From Lama glama (lineage: Eukaryota), in contig CM052817.1 of NCBI GenBank assembly GCA_028534125.1, positions 88,352,001 to 88,416,000 on the forward strand: a stretch of DNA of 64,000 nt, given 5' to 3'. Position 1 is the first letter of the stretch. Every line of letters starts with the position of its first letter. The translations under genes and the position numbers were made by a program. Of the stretch, positions 26,480 to 40,289 are shown one piece after another. Below the pieces are notes generated by a model. The model was given only the letters and a program-made list of their open reading frames with translations. It had not been told where the DNA came from and did not search any database.

Positions 26480-29400
26480 ATATAGATAACTGCAGGTATT
26501 CTCATTCCCTTAAGGATTCTCAAGACTTGGTTGTCATTCATGGTATTTATTTTCCATTACCCATTCCATGTTCCTTTTACCCTCACCTTGTGAATGTTCC
26601 CTATTTAAAGGTGGAGGGGTGATTACTGAAGTTTTTATTCTCAATTGTTCAGGTCCCTTGCTTGGCATGACAGTTTGAGTATTTCTAATCTACCAAAGCA
26701 AATGGTAGGACTAAGATGTGTTTGAGATGATTCATTGAGTTGAGTTCCGTCTCTTGATTTTGTTGCAGCGAACATATAAACTGTGATTAGAAAGACAAAA
26801 CACTGAGACTAGAATAACGCCATCTTTTTGGTTATTGTACTGGTGGCATGAGTTTTCCAAAATTGCTTGGTGAAAGTTTTAGTTTTTGGTTCAGTGATCT
26901 CATTCTTAAGTCCCTGTGGAAACATGACTCCCTTGGGTATCAAATTATTAAAATATACTAAAAAGTTGAAGAAACAGGAAGCGAACTTTTCTATTTATCA
27001 TTTCATATGGTTGAAAAATAATTATATATAACTATGTACTTATGAAAATTATATAATTTTGAGAGGTACCACCATTAAGTACATCTCTTAGTACCAGAAC
27101 ATATAGGCCACAGCCGTAGAGAATATCATCCTGTAATATCAAACCCCTAAAGTACCAGGGCTTTTTTCCCACTTATTTGAGACTAGTTGATTCTTCAGTA
27201 GTTCACCTGATTCTCTAAGAGTAGCTGCTTCTGATATATCTGTGAACCTGTACAATGATAGTTTTATTTATTTTGTGGTAAAATTAATTCCTTGATAAGA
27301 AGTATTGTATGTGAAAATGATGGTGAACAAGGTATCTGGTAAATCAGTTAAAGGTATGTTTACAACAGCTTGGTGGACAGAAGACATAATTATTTTTAAA
27401 TAAGTGTTCATTACAGTTAGGAAAAATTATTGAACTCTCCCCAAAAAAAGAGATCTGATGCAATCATTATGCTACTAGATGGCTGGCTGATTCTCCTAGA
27501 ATATGGCATCATATTAACAGTTTACTGTAATTTTTAGATTAGGGACTTAGCATTGAAAGTGTTAGATATGCCTTGTTGTAAGGAAATCCAAGCTATTGAG
27601 CCAGTACATTACCACATAACCTCCATTCCTGACACTATAACCACATTTTATATTCATTGAGCAAGAGCTGGGACAGATGTGAGAAGAAGCTGACTGACAG
27701 CCTCAAAATAGGGGGGTACCTTGTTCAACCAACTATTGACAACCTCCTCTATAGGACAGTCATGTCGGCCATAAATATTCTCATTTTCTAGGCCCATTTA
27801 GTGAGGTTTACCCACATTTCTCCTCCATAAACTGCTTTGTAATCAGTCCTCCAATCTTGTTTCCAAATTTCTCATCATTTGAACAAACTATTAGATACTG
27901 CCTATGAATGGCCACCAGTTGAATTTCCAGTAATCTCTAATCCCAGGCCAAATGGACAACAATATGTGACTCTTAATGTTTTGCTTACTGCCGAGATTTT
28001 CTTTTCCCATCCTCCTCCCAGCTAGCCTGTCTAACCATGGCATTCTACTTCGGGGTCAAACTTTTTCTCCCCAGTTAACCATCACAGAAAACTCTAATGA
28101 GTCTATAAATGTGTGTTCAGAGAGAAGTGGCAAGAGTAAGCACACAGGGAAATGAAGACCTGCTTAATCTGTCTCAAATATACCATGTTCAATTGTAAGA
28201 AAGTGCTTCTTGGTGTGACTGGCTTTATGTTTTTGGATCAGGTAACACCAAGTTTATGATGGGGAATCAGAGTCACTTGGTGTTGCATCATCAGATGTTC
28301 AGTATCTAGCATGGCAAAATGACAAGCTGAGAATTATTGCTGGTTACTTCAAAGAGAATGTGGCTTTGCTCTAAAACCTAAGCATCCTCTGCTCTGACTT
28401 GCCTATCCAAGCCTATGACTGGCTGCATGAATCATCTCGATCACACAGGCATTTTAAGTACCATCAAATTTAGAAGCTGAGAAGGGCTGGGCGTAAACAG
28501 CCTTTGCTTAGATCAAATCTGAGCTAGCTGGAGAGCCTTTTCTTGCTCTCAGTGAAACCCAAAACTAGGCCACTTGGTAAAGGTGTCTGAGCAATATAAT
28601 TAAATGGACTATTAATTCCCTCTAGAACCCAACAACCATTACGACTTTTTCTCAGTAGCAGAGAAAGTAAATTGAAGCAACATGTCCTTTCTTCTGAAGA
28701 AGGGGTGTCCTAACATGTCTAGATCTATAGATAATAGAAACTATCAGATGCTTGTACTACTATAGAGTATCACTCTCATTTTCTGGCATCCATCAAATGC
28801 TACTTCCTGCTCAGTAGGTACTATCAGCAAGTAAACTGTACTAATATAGTTAATTAAGGCCCTGCAGGCTACATTGTGACCAAGAAGCAAAGTGTTGCAT
28901 AGCCTCAAGCAGACCACTGAAGATTCACTGTTGTATTTGTTGGAGGAAAGAATATTGCCTCCTCTGTTCTTCTGATTATTGGGATAGAGAAAAACAAAAC
29001 ATAATCTTTAACAGAGTAATAGCTGCATAATAGGTGTTAGGGGCCAAGTTAATTTGTTGCAATAAAAATAATCAAAATTAAATATAGATGATCCTCACCT
29101 AATTAACTTTGGAATACTTTTTCTAAGACTCTTTTTTTTTTTTTGCACAAGTCAAAAAGATAAGATAAATAGAGGTGTGACTGAGGCCATTTCTGTTCCT
29201 TCCTTGATGCTGTTGATAATGACCCTACATTTTATAAAGCCTTCAGGGATTCATTAGCTTCCACTTAGCTTGTCAACCAATAACCCTCACTCTACAGGGA
29301 AGTACTATGAGGATTTTACCAGTGTCTGAGTGTTTATATTCTAACCACACATTCAGAAACTGGGGAAATAACCACAGTGTGAGTTCATAAACAGAGTAAA

Positions 29401-30290
29401 TTCTATTTATCATCTGACCCTCATAAACCCTTATTCAGATCAGCGAATCACTATGGCATTCCTAGATCCAAGAGAACAAAATTGGTTTAGAGCCAGTGTT
29501 GGGTTACTCCAGAAAAGAATATACATGTATATATTTGGTTTTCTCCTCAGTGCAAGTTGCTCCGGGAAATCAAAGTAGATCTCTTAGGGGAAGCCTCGAA
29601 AGTAGATATGCTGTATATACTTAAGATGTCTTTGTAAAAGTCCTTCAGCCAAATATGTTGTTTTTCTCTTCCTTCAAAGGATTCTGTTTTAAAAGAAATT
29701 AATGTATGTGAATTTGATGAGATTACAATAAATCTCCATCTGATGATTCAATTCAGAGCTCTCTCTTCACCAGATACAGAAGAGCTTTTTGGTTAAGTAG
29801 ATAAAGTACGATCCTAATGGGCTAATACATTTTCTGAGGGATCATATGATCTCCTAGCTCCTGACAAAATCTCTGTCACTCAGATGGTTCTGATTACTGT
29901 CCTTCCTCAGTATCTGGCGGGGATTGGTTCCAGGACCCCGTGTATACCAAAATCTGGGGAAGCTCAAGTCCCTAGTGTAAAACAATGTAGAACAGTTGGC
30001 CTTCTGTAATCCAAGGGTTCTGCATTCACAGATTGGGAGGGCCACCTTTTCCTCCTGCTGTCTGGTTGAATAATCACTGCCTCTATGGTTAATTGGTATT
30101 GTGTTGTATTTTTGTCTTTTGCAATCATGAGAATTCTATAATTGCCACTGAACAAGAAATTAGTATCAACAGAAGCATCTCCTACTTATATGCTCTTCCC
30201 ACAAAGGACAGCCATTCATAGTGCAACTCACAGATACTGGTCCTCCCTTTACCAGTGACCTTTGCTGTGCCTGTGTAAAGAAGTTATCCT
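26480..30290 (-). mobile_element. Degenerate ERVL internal region (pol)
   Basis: Reverse strand near 28.3 kb reads DTEHLMMQHQVTL, cf. ERVL pol 'ETEHLTMGHQVTM'. Confidence 0.65.
29896..30035 (+). mobile_element. MER2/MER2B-like Tigger MITE fragment
   Basis: ggattggttccaggaccccgtgtataccaaaatc...gctcaagtccct. Confidence 0.8.
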
Positions 30291-30294
30291 CTTG

Positions 30295-30570
30295 AATAAG
30301 ATCTGAAGCTCTAATGTGTAATATGATGACTAGAGTTGATAATACTGTACTGCATAATTGAAATTTGCTAAGAGAGTGTAACTTAAAAGTTCTCACACAC
30401 ATACACCAAAAAAAGAAAGAAAGAAAGAAAGAAAAACATAACTATATGAGATGATGGATGTATTAACTTGGTGAGGGAATCCTTTCACAATGTATACAGA
30501 TCCAATCACCACTCTACATTTTAAATATCTTATTTTATTTGTCAGTTATACCTCAATAAGCTGAAAAAAA
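30295..30570 (+). mobile_element. L1MA9/10-like 3' end
   Basis: gaaatttgctaagagagt...gtcagttatacctcaataagctg followed by an A tail. Confidence 0.85.
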
Positions 30571-31748
30571 GGGGGAAGTGAGCCTCAGAGCTTACTTTGT
30601 AGATATAGTTAGAATGAGTAGCATGCCTACTACCTTACTGTACTCCTAAAAGTACCCACACAATCGTGCCTTTGAGCTTACTTTTTTTTAACTATTTGAT
30701 TTGTAAGGAAGTTTAGAAAATAATAAATGGTGAATTTGAACACTACAGAATTTAAAGAATCTTTCATTCAAAAATTCTTTTTTTTTTAAGCATATACATG
30801 AAAAGGGCAATACCGTTAAAGAAAAACCTAAATGAATATTATCACTCTGTATGGTTGGCTCTATGCAAAGATCCCTATGTCAAATACCAATGGCAAATAA
30901 GATAATGACTATAGGAAAATGTTGTGCTCCCCTCAATTAGATATTATCAGTCATTGATTGTTTACCTCTTTGGGAAAGTAGTTTAGAAATAACTTTGTCC
31001 ATAAACTTTCTTTGAGGATTAAATCTTCCATATGAACATGAAAATCTTAATCATCATGAAATCCCAGAGGCAGATCGCTATTGAAAGACAAATGAAAACA
31101 TGACTGAAGAGGAAATCGAATTATCTATGACCTATGCAATGAACACACATGTCTTGACAGCTAGAGTATCTATATTTAGAAATCCTGAATAATTGTAAAA
31201 GACTAGCACAAGGCTTTCTATTCCACCGAAACCGCTCTGTGACTTCCAGTTACCTTTAACCACTCCCTTCCCATCAGCCACACACAGGTAACTGGTCCTT
31301 TCATTTTGTTTACACCTCTTAGGATGCTTTGCATTCCGAACTTTTCAATGCAAGCTAACAAGCAGCTGTAGGGTCTATCACCTCCCTAAGGTCATATCCT
31401 GATAGCATGTTGTAGACTTTTTAAACCCATTAATTATTTCCACTATTCTTATATTTGTATTGGATTTTATTTTAAGAGATATATAAGCAATGACATAATT
31501 CTTTTGTGGTGAAAACCTCTGTTGCACAAGACTTTCCTTTAGCATCTTACTAGCCACTACACTAAGCTGATTTATATCTGAATTTCAGAATGAGGATGGC
31601 ATCTGGTCCCTGCTGCAGCAGCCAACTCATCTTGGAATGGACACTGTTATTTTGTCTTCTAGGTTTTATTTGGATGGCAGAGGAAAAGAATTTTTCATTT
31701 TAAAAAGGTCTTAAGTATTGGATTTAAGCATGGTACCAGAGGACACAC

Positions 31749-31970
31749 CCAGATGTTTTAGCTTGAGATCATTATGTGGAATTCGTTTTTACATGTTTCT
31801 TTTTCACATTTTTTTTAAAAAACCTTGAGATGTTATCTTTTTCCTTCTGTCTGAAATCTGCTTAGAAAAATATTAGAGGGTAGCTACATATGCCAAAATG
31901 TTGTCATCAAAGTTTGCTTGCTGTTTCTTTACATTCCTATGATGTTTATCCTCATCCATAATTCATTTTT
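31749..31970 (-). pseudogene. Pseudo-exon, charged linker
   Basis: Long pyrimidine tract plus CAG acceptor, G|GTGTGT donor, 222 nt, phase 1 to 1. Reads EK*IMDEDKHHRNVKKQQANFDDNILAYVATL*YFSKQISDRRKKITSQGFLKKM*... Confidence 0.55.
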
Positions 31971-32309
31971 CTGAAAAAAACATCAGGAGAAACAAAGAAT
32001 AAATGGTGACACAGTGCCAAAGATCCCTTGGGAGTCTGAATAAGAACGCAGTTCACTTTGCATCTTATGATCATCTTGTCACATAAACACACGTTTTCAA
32101 TGCTTCCTCGTTCATTTAAAAAAAATCTATAGAAATGGCTTTTTTTTTTCTAGTAGAGGAATGTAAAAACATTATTTTTACTTTTGTCCTCATAGAAAAA
32201 AAGACCCAAAACTCATAGTTTGTACATGACTCACATAAAGCAAGCTTAATTGTTTTTAATTTTGAATAATGTTAAATTATATAAAAATAATCAGAAAGCA
32301 TGCAGTTTT

Positions 32310-33630
32310 ATTTAAAAAAAATTTTATGAGTCAGTTACACTGTCAACCTCTGCTGTACAGCACAGTATCCCAGTCACGCATATACATGTATATATTCACT
32401 CATTTACATATTTTTCCCATTAGAGGTTATTACAAGATATTGAGCATACTACCCTCTATACAGAAGAAAATTTTTTAATCTGTTTTTATATATAGTGGCT
32501 AACATTTGTAAATCTCAAACTCCCAAATTTATCCCTTCCCACCCCCTTTCCCTGGTAACTGTAAGTTTACTAAGTCTGTGTGTCTGTTTCTGTTTTGTAG
32601 ATGAGTTCATAGTGTGTATGTTTTTATGAGGGGGGAATTCCACATATGAGTGATATCCTGTGGTATTTTTCTTTCTCTTTCTGGCTTACTTCACTTAGGA
32701 CAATCTCCAGGTCCATCCATGTTACTGCAAATGGCATTAATTTTCATGGCTGAGTAATATTCCATTGTGTAAATATACCACAGCTTCTTTATCCAGTCAT
32801 CTGTCGATGGACATTGACATTGCTTCCACATCTTGGCTATTGTATATAGAGCTGCTATGAACATTGGGGTGTGTGTATCTTTTCATATTAGAGTTTCCTC
32901 CAGATAAATACCCAGAAGTGGAATTGCTGAATCATATCGTCAGTCTATTTTTAATTTTTTGAGGAATCTCCATACTGTTTTCCATAGTGGCTGCACCAAA
33001 CTACATTCTCATCAGCATTGTAAGAGGGTTCCCTTTTCTCCACAGCTTCACCAGCATCTATCATTTGTGGACTTTTGAATGATGGCCAGTCTGACTGGTG
33101 TGAGGTGACACCTCGTTGTATTTTTGATTTGCATTTCTCTGATAATTAGTGATATTGAGCCTTTTTTCCTGTGCCTATTGGCCATTTGTATGTCTTCCCC
33201 ATCAGAGAATTGCTTGTTTAGGTCCTCTGACCCTTTTTGGATTGGGTTATTTGTTTTTTTGTTATTAAGTTGTATGAGCTGTTTATATATTCTGGAAATT
33301 AAGCCTTTATCAGTCTCATCATTTGCAAATATTTTCTTCCATTCTGTAGGGTGTCGTTTTGTTTTGCTTATGGTTTCCTTTGCTGTGCAGAAGCTTATGA
33401 GTTTAATTAGGTTCCATTTGTTTATTTTTGCTCTTACTTCCATTGCCTGGGTAGACTGGTCGAGGAGAATGTTGCTAAGATTTATGTCAGAGAATGTTTT
33501 GCTTATGTTTTCTTCTAGGAAATTTATTGTGTCTTGTCTTATATTTAAGCCTTTAAGCCATTTTGAGTTTATCTTTGTGTATGGAGTGAGGGAATAGTCT
33601 AACTTAACTGATTTACATGGTGCTGTCCGG
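32310..33630 (-). mobile_element. 5'-truncated L1 with degenerate TSD
   Basis: [23 protein letters not shown]2; agaaagcatgcagtttt (32293) versus agaaaacatgcatttt (33632). Confidence 0.95.
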
Positions 33631-34124
33631 TAGAAAACATGCATTTTAAATAAGGAATGCTGTTGTTGGTGGGAACGCCATATCAGGAAGTAGATTACAT
33701 AGTTATGAGTTACCATCCTTTGTTCTACCAGTGTTCAGCATTCCTAATTTGGAGGCAGATAGCTGTCTTCTAAATGTGGAAGTATGTAAGAAAAATATTT
33801 TCTGTTAATATTCAGAAAGTAACTTAGAAAATGATGACACCCCGTAGGAAAGATGGAGCAGCTAACAGTCAGCAGTACATATCAATTCTTTTCCACCATA
33901 CAAGGCTTCTTGCCAGGAGACTTGGCCAGGGCACAAAATGGGTTTTTTAGATCTTCCTCTATTTCATGGACATATTTTCAAAAATCCACAGATGTAAGCA
34001 AGTAGATGGATGAAACGTTAGTATTCATGGTTTACACAGAAAGAAAGTCACAGAAAAAAACTAACTTTTCAAAGGCCTCAAAACTGGGTAGTGATGGAAG
34101 TTTCATCCACTGTGAGGGCCTTTA

Positions 34125-34335
34125 GGATAAAGACTTGGAGTCTGGAGAGAAACCACCTAGTTTTTATTTCAGATCTTCAATTTAACTGATGTGTAACCTT
34201 GATCAAGTTAAACTGCTCTGTGCCTCAGTTTCCTCATTTAAAATGGACAAATGCTCAAATCTACCTACCTGTTGTGTTCTTTAAGATTTAAGGAGTGTGA
34301 AGTATTTAGAACACAGCTGGGCACAGATTAAATAC
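34125..34335 (+). mobile_element. MIR SINE
   Basis: gtgtaaccttgatcaagtta...ctctgtgcctcagtttcctcattt. Confidence 0.85.
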
Positions 34336-34538
34336 ACATACTGTGAATCTGGGCTGTTCCTTTACTATCCCTCTAATCTAATGTCTAATTATCCTGAAAG
34401 CCTGACAAATTGAAAGTTGTTGGCACTATTTCAAGCACTAAATGAAGACTCCACATGAAAAATGAAAGAAAAAAAAAAAGAGAAACTTGATAAACTTTCA
34501 ATATATGTTACAATTCTTCCAAGATAATGAAAAGATAC

Positions 34539-34760
34539 CAGAAGTTTCTAAATGTTTGTGTGAATAGAGCTCATTTATGGTTCAGCCTTTGACATTGTCT
34601 CATTCCTCTTCTTGTGATTTTTTTTTCCAAAAGCCTGCCAACACAAATTTAAGTCCTCCCATTATCTCTTGGCAAGCAAAAAGAGAACCCACTGTTATTA
34701 CTACATTGTAGTCCTCCAAACTCAGCAAATGGCAAAAGAGAAAACCAAGAGTGTTTTCTC
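34539..34760 (-). pseudogene. Pseudo-exon, RGS-like
   Basis: gtcttttCAG acceptor, G|GTATCT donor, 222 nt, phase 1 to 1. Reads GENTLGFLFCHLLSLEDYN...KKKSQEEE*DNVKG*TINELYSHKHLETS, similar to the RGS 'G..L.F..VE.F' and 'IY..Y' motifs. Confidence 0.55.
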
Positions 34761-35014
34761 CTGAAAAGACTAAATAAATAAGCTGTGTCTAATTGAGTGA
34801 AGTAAAAGAAAGAAGTGATTATCTGAATATATTAGAAAAGAAAATGATTTCACAAATGATTTCTAACTATAATAATTTAAGTGATCTAAGTTTTATTTTC
34901 TTTAAATATATGCCTAATTATTTAAATTTTAGAATGATGGTATTTGTTAAAGTTGCACTGTTTAAGGTGGATATATGTTTTTATTTGCTTAGATGTCTTA
35001 AATTAGCTGTAAAC

Positions 35015-35107
35015 CTTTATGATAAGACTCTAAGGTAAATTCCAGAGAAAAGAAGCTGAATCAGATGTGTTGCAATTCATTTTAAATCTTGAATTAGTGT
35101 GGAGGGT
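35015..35107 (-). pseudogene. Pseudo-exon, start of RGS-like domain
   Basis: 93 nt, phase 1 to 1. Reads PPH*FKI*NELQHI*FSFFSLEFTLESYHK. The donor is weak. Confidence 0.4.
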
Positions 35108-35537
35108 CTTATAAAACAGACACAGAAACACCAATATTAAATTGGCCTCCAGGGAATTAGACTAAATAAAACTCCTTCAATTTTTAGTTGAATATAATCA
35201 TTGTTATAGAAACTCAGTTTAAGTATTAAAATGTTAAATTATTACAGAGTTCCCCTTCCAATGGATAAAATGCTGATAATTTAGCATCATTTGACCTCAA
35301 AAAAACAAGACTGAACAACTAGTTTAGCAAAATTAAATTAATTATTAAAAAATTAAAGAGGGAGATTTCTTAATTTAAAATTTTATCACTCTCTTGAGGA
35401 AAAGTCAAATGACTCTCTATGCAATAAAAAATTATGGAATTATTTAAATGATTGTGAACATAAAATAAATCAGGGTATATTTGTGAGAAGAAATAGCTTT
35501 AATTCTATTTCAGTTAAGCACATACAATGAAACTTAC

Positions 35538-35594
35538 TGGGATTTTTGGAAATACTGAAAAGGTGGAGAATATTTTGAAATATATGGAATTCAT
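35538..35594 (-). pseudogene. Pseudo-exon (DEFHIFQNILHLFSISKNP)
   Basis: 57 nt, phase 1 to 1, A|GTAAGT donor, open frame. Confidence 0.5.
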
Positions 35595-36394
35595 CTTATA
35601 ATTATGTCAGAGTAAATTCCAACTTAATAATAACTAAAATACATTCTATGAAGAACATTTCTCACACATTCTGATAGACATAAAAAGGTAAGAATTTAAT
35701 TTTTGTTTTACTCAATCTTAACAGATAAAGAATAAGTAATATTTACTAAATTAGTTTAAAAAAGGAAAACTATCATGATTCACTTTTTCTAAATGACAAA
35801 GTAGTACAATCTCAGCTTTTAGTTTGGCTGCTAAATTTGTGAATTAAAACATGTGAACTCATTAAACTCATTAAAAAATGTGAAGCAAGCATAATTACTT
35901 ACAGATAATAATATTTGAAACTAAAAATTAGAGAGTGTCTTTTTTCAAATATGCTCTTATTTCATTTAAAAATAAGAGCAAATAAAGTTTCTAGAAACTG
36001 TCATGGAAAATTTGTATAAGATATATGAAAATAATGGCATAAATTAAAGACTAAACCAATTTAGAAAAGTCTGAAAAGGTAAAATCAATTTAAATGTTGA
36101 ATCCAAAATCATGTTATAATTCATTACATATTAAAATATAATATTTAAGAAAATTGTCAGCTAGAAAAACTTTGAAGAATTCTTTCATTATGTTTAAACT
36201 TGGTGATAATTGAAAATTGTGAGGCATAGTCATTACATGGGAGATTAATGCAGGTTATATTTAGATGGCAGGATGAGTAATTATTTGTATTATTTTAGAA
36301 GTTTGTATACTTAATCTCCTAAATTTTCTCCATGGTCACTGTTCTTTTATAATTTATTTAAAAAATAAAAGGAAATGAGTTTTTAATGTATTTT

Positions 36395-36619
36395 TTTTAC
36401 ATTTTTTATTGATTCATAATCATTTTACAGTGTTGTGTCAAATTCCAGTGTTCAGCACAATTTTTCAGTCATTCATGGACATATACACACTCATTGTCAC
36501 ATTTTTTTCTCTGTGATTTATCATAACATTTTGTGTATATTTCCCTGTGCTATACAGTGTAATCTGTTTATCTATTCTACAATTTTGAAATCCCAGTCTA
36601 TCCCTTCCCACCCTCTACC
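36395..36619 (-). mobile_element. Young L1 3' end with perfect 13-bp TSD
   Basis: tttaatgtatttt at 36382-36394 and 36620-36632; nearly identical to the 52.8 kb copy. Confidence 0.95.
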
Positions 36620-36649
36620 TTTAATGTATTTTGATCATATTAAAATACT

Positions 36650-39528
36650 TACATGCTTCTGGCCCCAAGTGGAACCTGAATGACTCATGATGAGTCACAG
36701 CGTGACTTTGTGGCTAGAACATGAGTTAAATATACTGGGGAGATTGTGTCAAACAGTGATGGTGTGTATACAGTGATCCATAGAGAAATGGAACTCGTAC
36801 AATTCGGGTCAGTCTGAGTAGGTTAATAAAGGAGTGAAAAAATGACATTCTCCAGTGTCCTAGACCATCAGGTCACCTCCCTCTGTAAGATACATGCCTC
36901 TCTTCAACTCACATCTCTGGCCTGATGAAAGGTTCACTATAACCAACTGGCAGAGAAGGAAACAAGTTGAGCCAGGACACAAAGGGCTCAGCCCTTCCTA
37001 TGGCAGGAGCTGAAAGTGGACTGTCAACCACACTACAGCTTCATTTAGCAGAAGTCCCAAAGAACAGATATGCGAACTCCCAGCAGCAGAGCTTCGAGCA
37101 GTCCATTTAGTAAGTCAGGTCGTAAAGAAGGATGAGTGGCCTGAGTTACGTGGATTCCTGGGCAGTGGCAAATGGCATGAGTTGTAGATCAGTCCCCAGA
37201 AGGAACAGGGATGGAAGGTCCAGGAGTAGGGTATCTGGAGAAGGGATAAGTGTATAGACTGCTGGGCGTGTGCTCGGAACGCTTGGCCCTCTGTGCTAAC
37301 ATGCTAATAATGCTCACTGCAGAGCTGGCTCTCCAAAACTGGGTTCACAGGATGACTTTACTTGTGCTCACCTCTGTCTTCTGTCACCTTAGTGTTCGCA
37401 CAGTGGGCTCATGGATGGAATAACCTTGGTGACAGGCATTGAGAATACTCAGCCCAGAAGTATGGGACAACTTTCACCAAGACTGATCTACAGTCACTGC
37501 AGGATATCCATGCCAAGAGCCAAGACTGACACTGAGTTCGTAATTTTGCTCCAACCCTTCAGGTGATGCATTCTGCCAGTTGCTGGCAGGTATGCAATAT
37601 TAGACTCCTTTCCCCTGTAGGGCAGTGATTTCTTCTACTCATAATCAATCCTTTTTGCAGATGTGGACTTATCTTCCCCGCTCCCAGTATGTTTGCCACA
37701 CAATAGCTCAGGAATGTCTGTTCTAATCCCAAAATAACCCATGCAATGTCTCCAGCCAAAAGGGATGCATCTTACAGTGAAGTGTGTATGAAAATATGTA
37801 CATGGCAATGGAATCCAATTTTCTTACCATGAACCTTGTATAGGGAAGAGCATAACCTGTTAGGATGGTCTGTTAAACTCTCCGTTAAAGTGCAAGCTTA
37901 GGATGTGCATCCTGTGGGAGAAGGTGCCGCTCCCTAGTATATGGTGTGTGCTTAAACAGATGTTGAGATTCTGCGGATATTTTCCTGGAGCCTTAGAACT
38001 CCATTGTGCTCTAGCAGGGCTTCAGTCTGTATCTTGTTGGCTTAAGCCTTTCTTCAAAGCTATCTGCGAGGCAGACCTCTAGTGCCTGGGAATTAATGCT
38101 AGTTTTACAGAACAAGCCCTTAATCACTGGCAGAACGATTTGGTATATTAATACTCAAATTACTTGCCCCTGGTGTGGCAGATTTCCAAGCAGTTCGCTG
38201 TTGGGATTAGGTTTCATTCCACAGAGGTGATGAATTATAACATACCCTCTGTTGCCTGACTTCTTTTCCCTAACTCAATGCATCACTCCCATATCAATCT
38301 TTCCTTCATTTCTCAGATAACACATTTGCACCTGAAACTTATATCAAGGTAAGACCTGGACAGAATCCAATGAATACAGCATGTGGAAACCAAGGAAGGA
38401 ATTCTGGGCAGAGATCTTGGCTCCTAGGAGATAACTTTTGCCAGAGGAAATATTTAAATCCACAGTTGTTACTTGGTCACATTGGCTCCTTTTTCTTTTT
38501 TTCCCGTAGAGCAATAAGAAGAAAGAACGTAATATCCTAGTGGGGTATCATCCCTGAAAGAGATACACAGTGGGAACAGGGGAACGAACTATGACTGGAT
38601 CTGAGGATATTTACTAAGGAATCATTTTAAAATTTTTGGTTCAGCACCCATTGATACTGGCAAGTGGGCAAATTAAAGCAACCACAACATAATAAGGACA
38701 AGTCAATTAAAACCTAATTTCCCTTGGCTTTAAAAGTTCTGGACACTCTACCATGTCAAAAATAAATTAGAAAAAAAAGAAACATCAAAAACAACCCCCC
38801 CCAAAAAAGAAAAACCAGAAAGAAATCAGTCAATTCAAATAAAACTGTCTTTAGTTTAAGGAAATCCAGACTGAGTAGTGGAGGAAGGAAACAATGAACA
38901 TCATTCATCTTCAACAGTGAGGACTTTTAGTGAATTATTTCTCAATAAAGCTGGAAAAAACAGGATTATTAATTATTTACTAACACCCTGACCTACATCA
39001 CTTTAAGAATTTGAAGAATATACTGTGACTGGTTAGATTTGTAGACATCTTCTCAGGAAAGAAGAGAGGTCCTCTTGCTTTCAGGTATGTGGAGGTCTTA
39101 TCATGCAGCGTGAAATGGAGAACACCCCAGTGTGTGCTGTGTGGGTGAGCACCTACGTCCCATACCGACACCTTCTTTTGAATACTAACTCTTGAGCTAC
39201 TACTGGCCTCACTTGTTGCTTACACATGTACAACTTAGAAATGAAGACTCCTCCATTCATTGTAAGGAAGCCTTTGACAAAGGGGAGATTTTCCCAGGGT
39301 AATTTGTCCTAAGATGCAGGGCATGTGGCTTCTAAGAAGATGGTGAAATCATTCGGAGTCACCTGATACTAAATTGCTACCAGCTTGTAACCTTCATATT
39401 GCTCTCCTTCCTGCCTGCCTCATTTCCTTTTCCCTCATTCTTGCTTCCTTGGGATTACAATTTTTTAAACAATGAATTGCCCATAAACTGTCTCAGACTC
39501 TGTTTTGTGAGTAACTTAGGCTAAGACA
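36650..39528 (+). mobile_element. ERVL internal relic with LTR16-like (~37995-38378) and LTR33-like (~39130-39528) LTRs
   Basis: RNaseH/integrase-like motifs (gcagtggcaaatggc; tgggctcatggatgg) and the LTR 3' end ctcagactctgttttg...ggctaagaca. Confidence 0.65.
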
Positions 39529-40289
39529 GAAAGCACCTCATCCACCATTATTTTTATAATATTTTAGTGGATGATAAGTGATTCAATAAATTGAAGAAGA
39601 GTTATCCATGCATTATTGATAAGAATCTTTCTTTTAACTTATTTATTATTCTTTTATTTCCATATGTTTCAAAATCTCTGCCATCCTTAACACACAAATG
39701 ATGGATAAAATGTTACAAAATATTTTGCACTATATATACAAGTTCACAAATAAGAAAGGAAAATGTCCAGGGATCACAGATGAAGAAAAAACTCAGATAC
39801 AGAGTATTTAACAGTTATTAAATTCAAACAGTGTGGACAAGTATTAGAATCATTCCTAAAAGCTGAGAATCTAACACCAATACTGTGCTGGTGTGAGGGT
39901 GAAAATGAGCTCTCTGCAAAAAACCATGTGTTCCAAACGGCTGAGGGACTTACAGCTGGGGCAGGCCAACCTTCTTAGGCCATGGATAGGAAAACAGTCA
40001 CTAGGAATAATTCAGAACCACACAATCATGCCTTCTATAATGAGTGATCTGAATTCACACCATTCAGATTGTGTGGGAACCTGTAGCTGGAAAATTAACA
40101 AAAATCTCAGACATCCCTGGAACTCAAGTAAATGTGAAATTTCCCCCTGGGAGACTCCAAGTACATGTGTATATAGGACTGTTGCAGATAGAAGAAAAAA
40201 ATCTCACCATTTGGCCCCAGTTTAATTTTTAAAACACCTGAGAAAGAAAACTCCCATAGACACAACCAAGGCATAAAGATGTGGTCAGC

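Noticed and set aside
33048..33716. 222-aa ORF and the antisense 157-aa ORF
   Set aside because: L1 ORF2 C-terminal fragment and its usual antisense frame.
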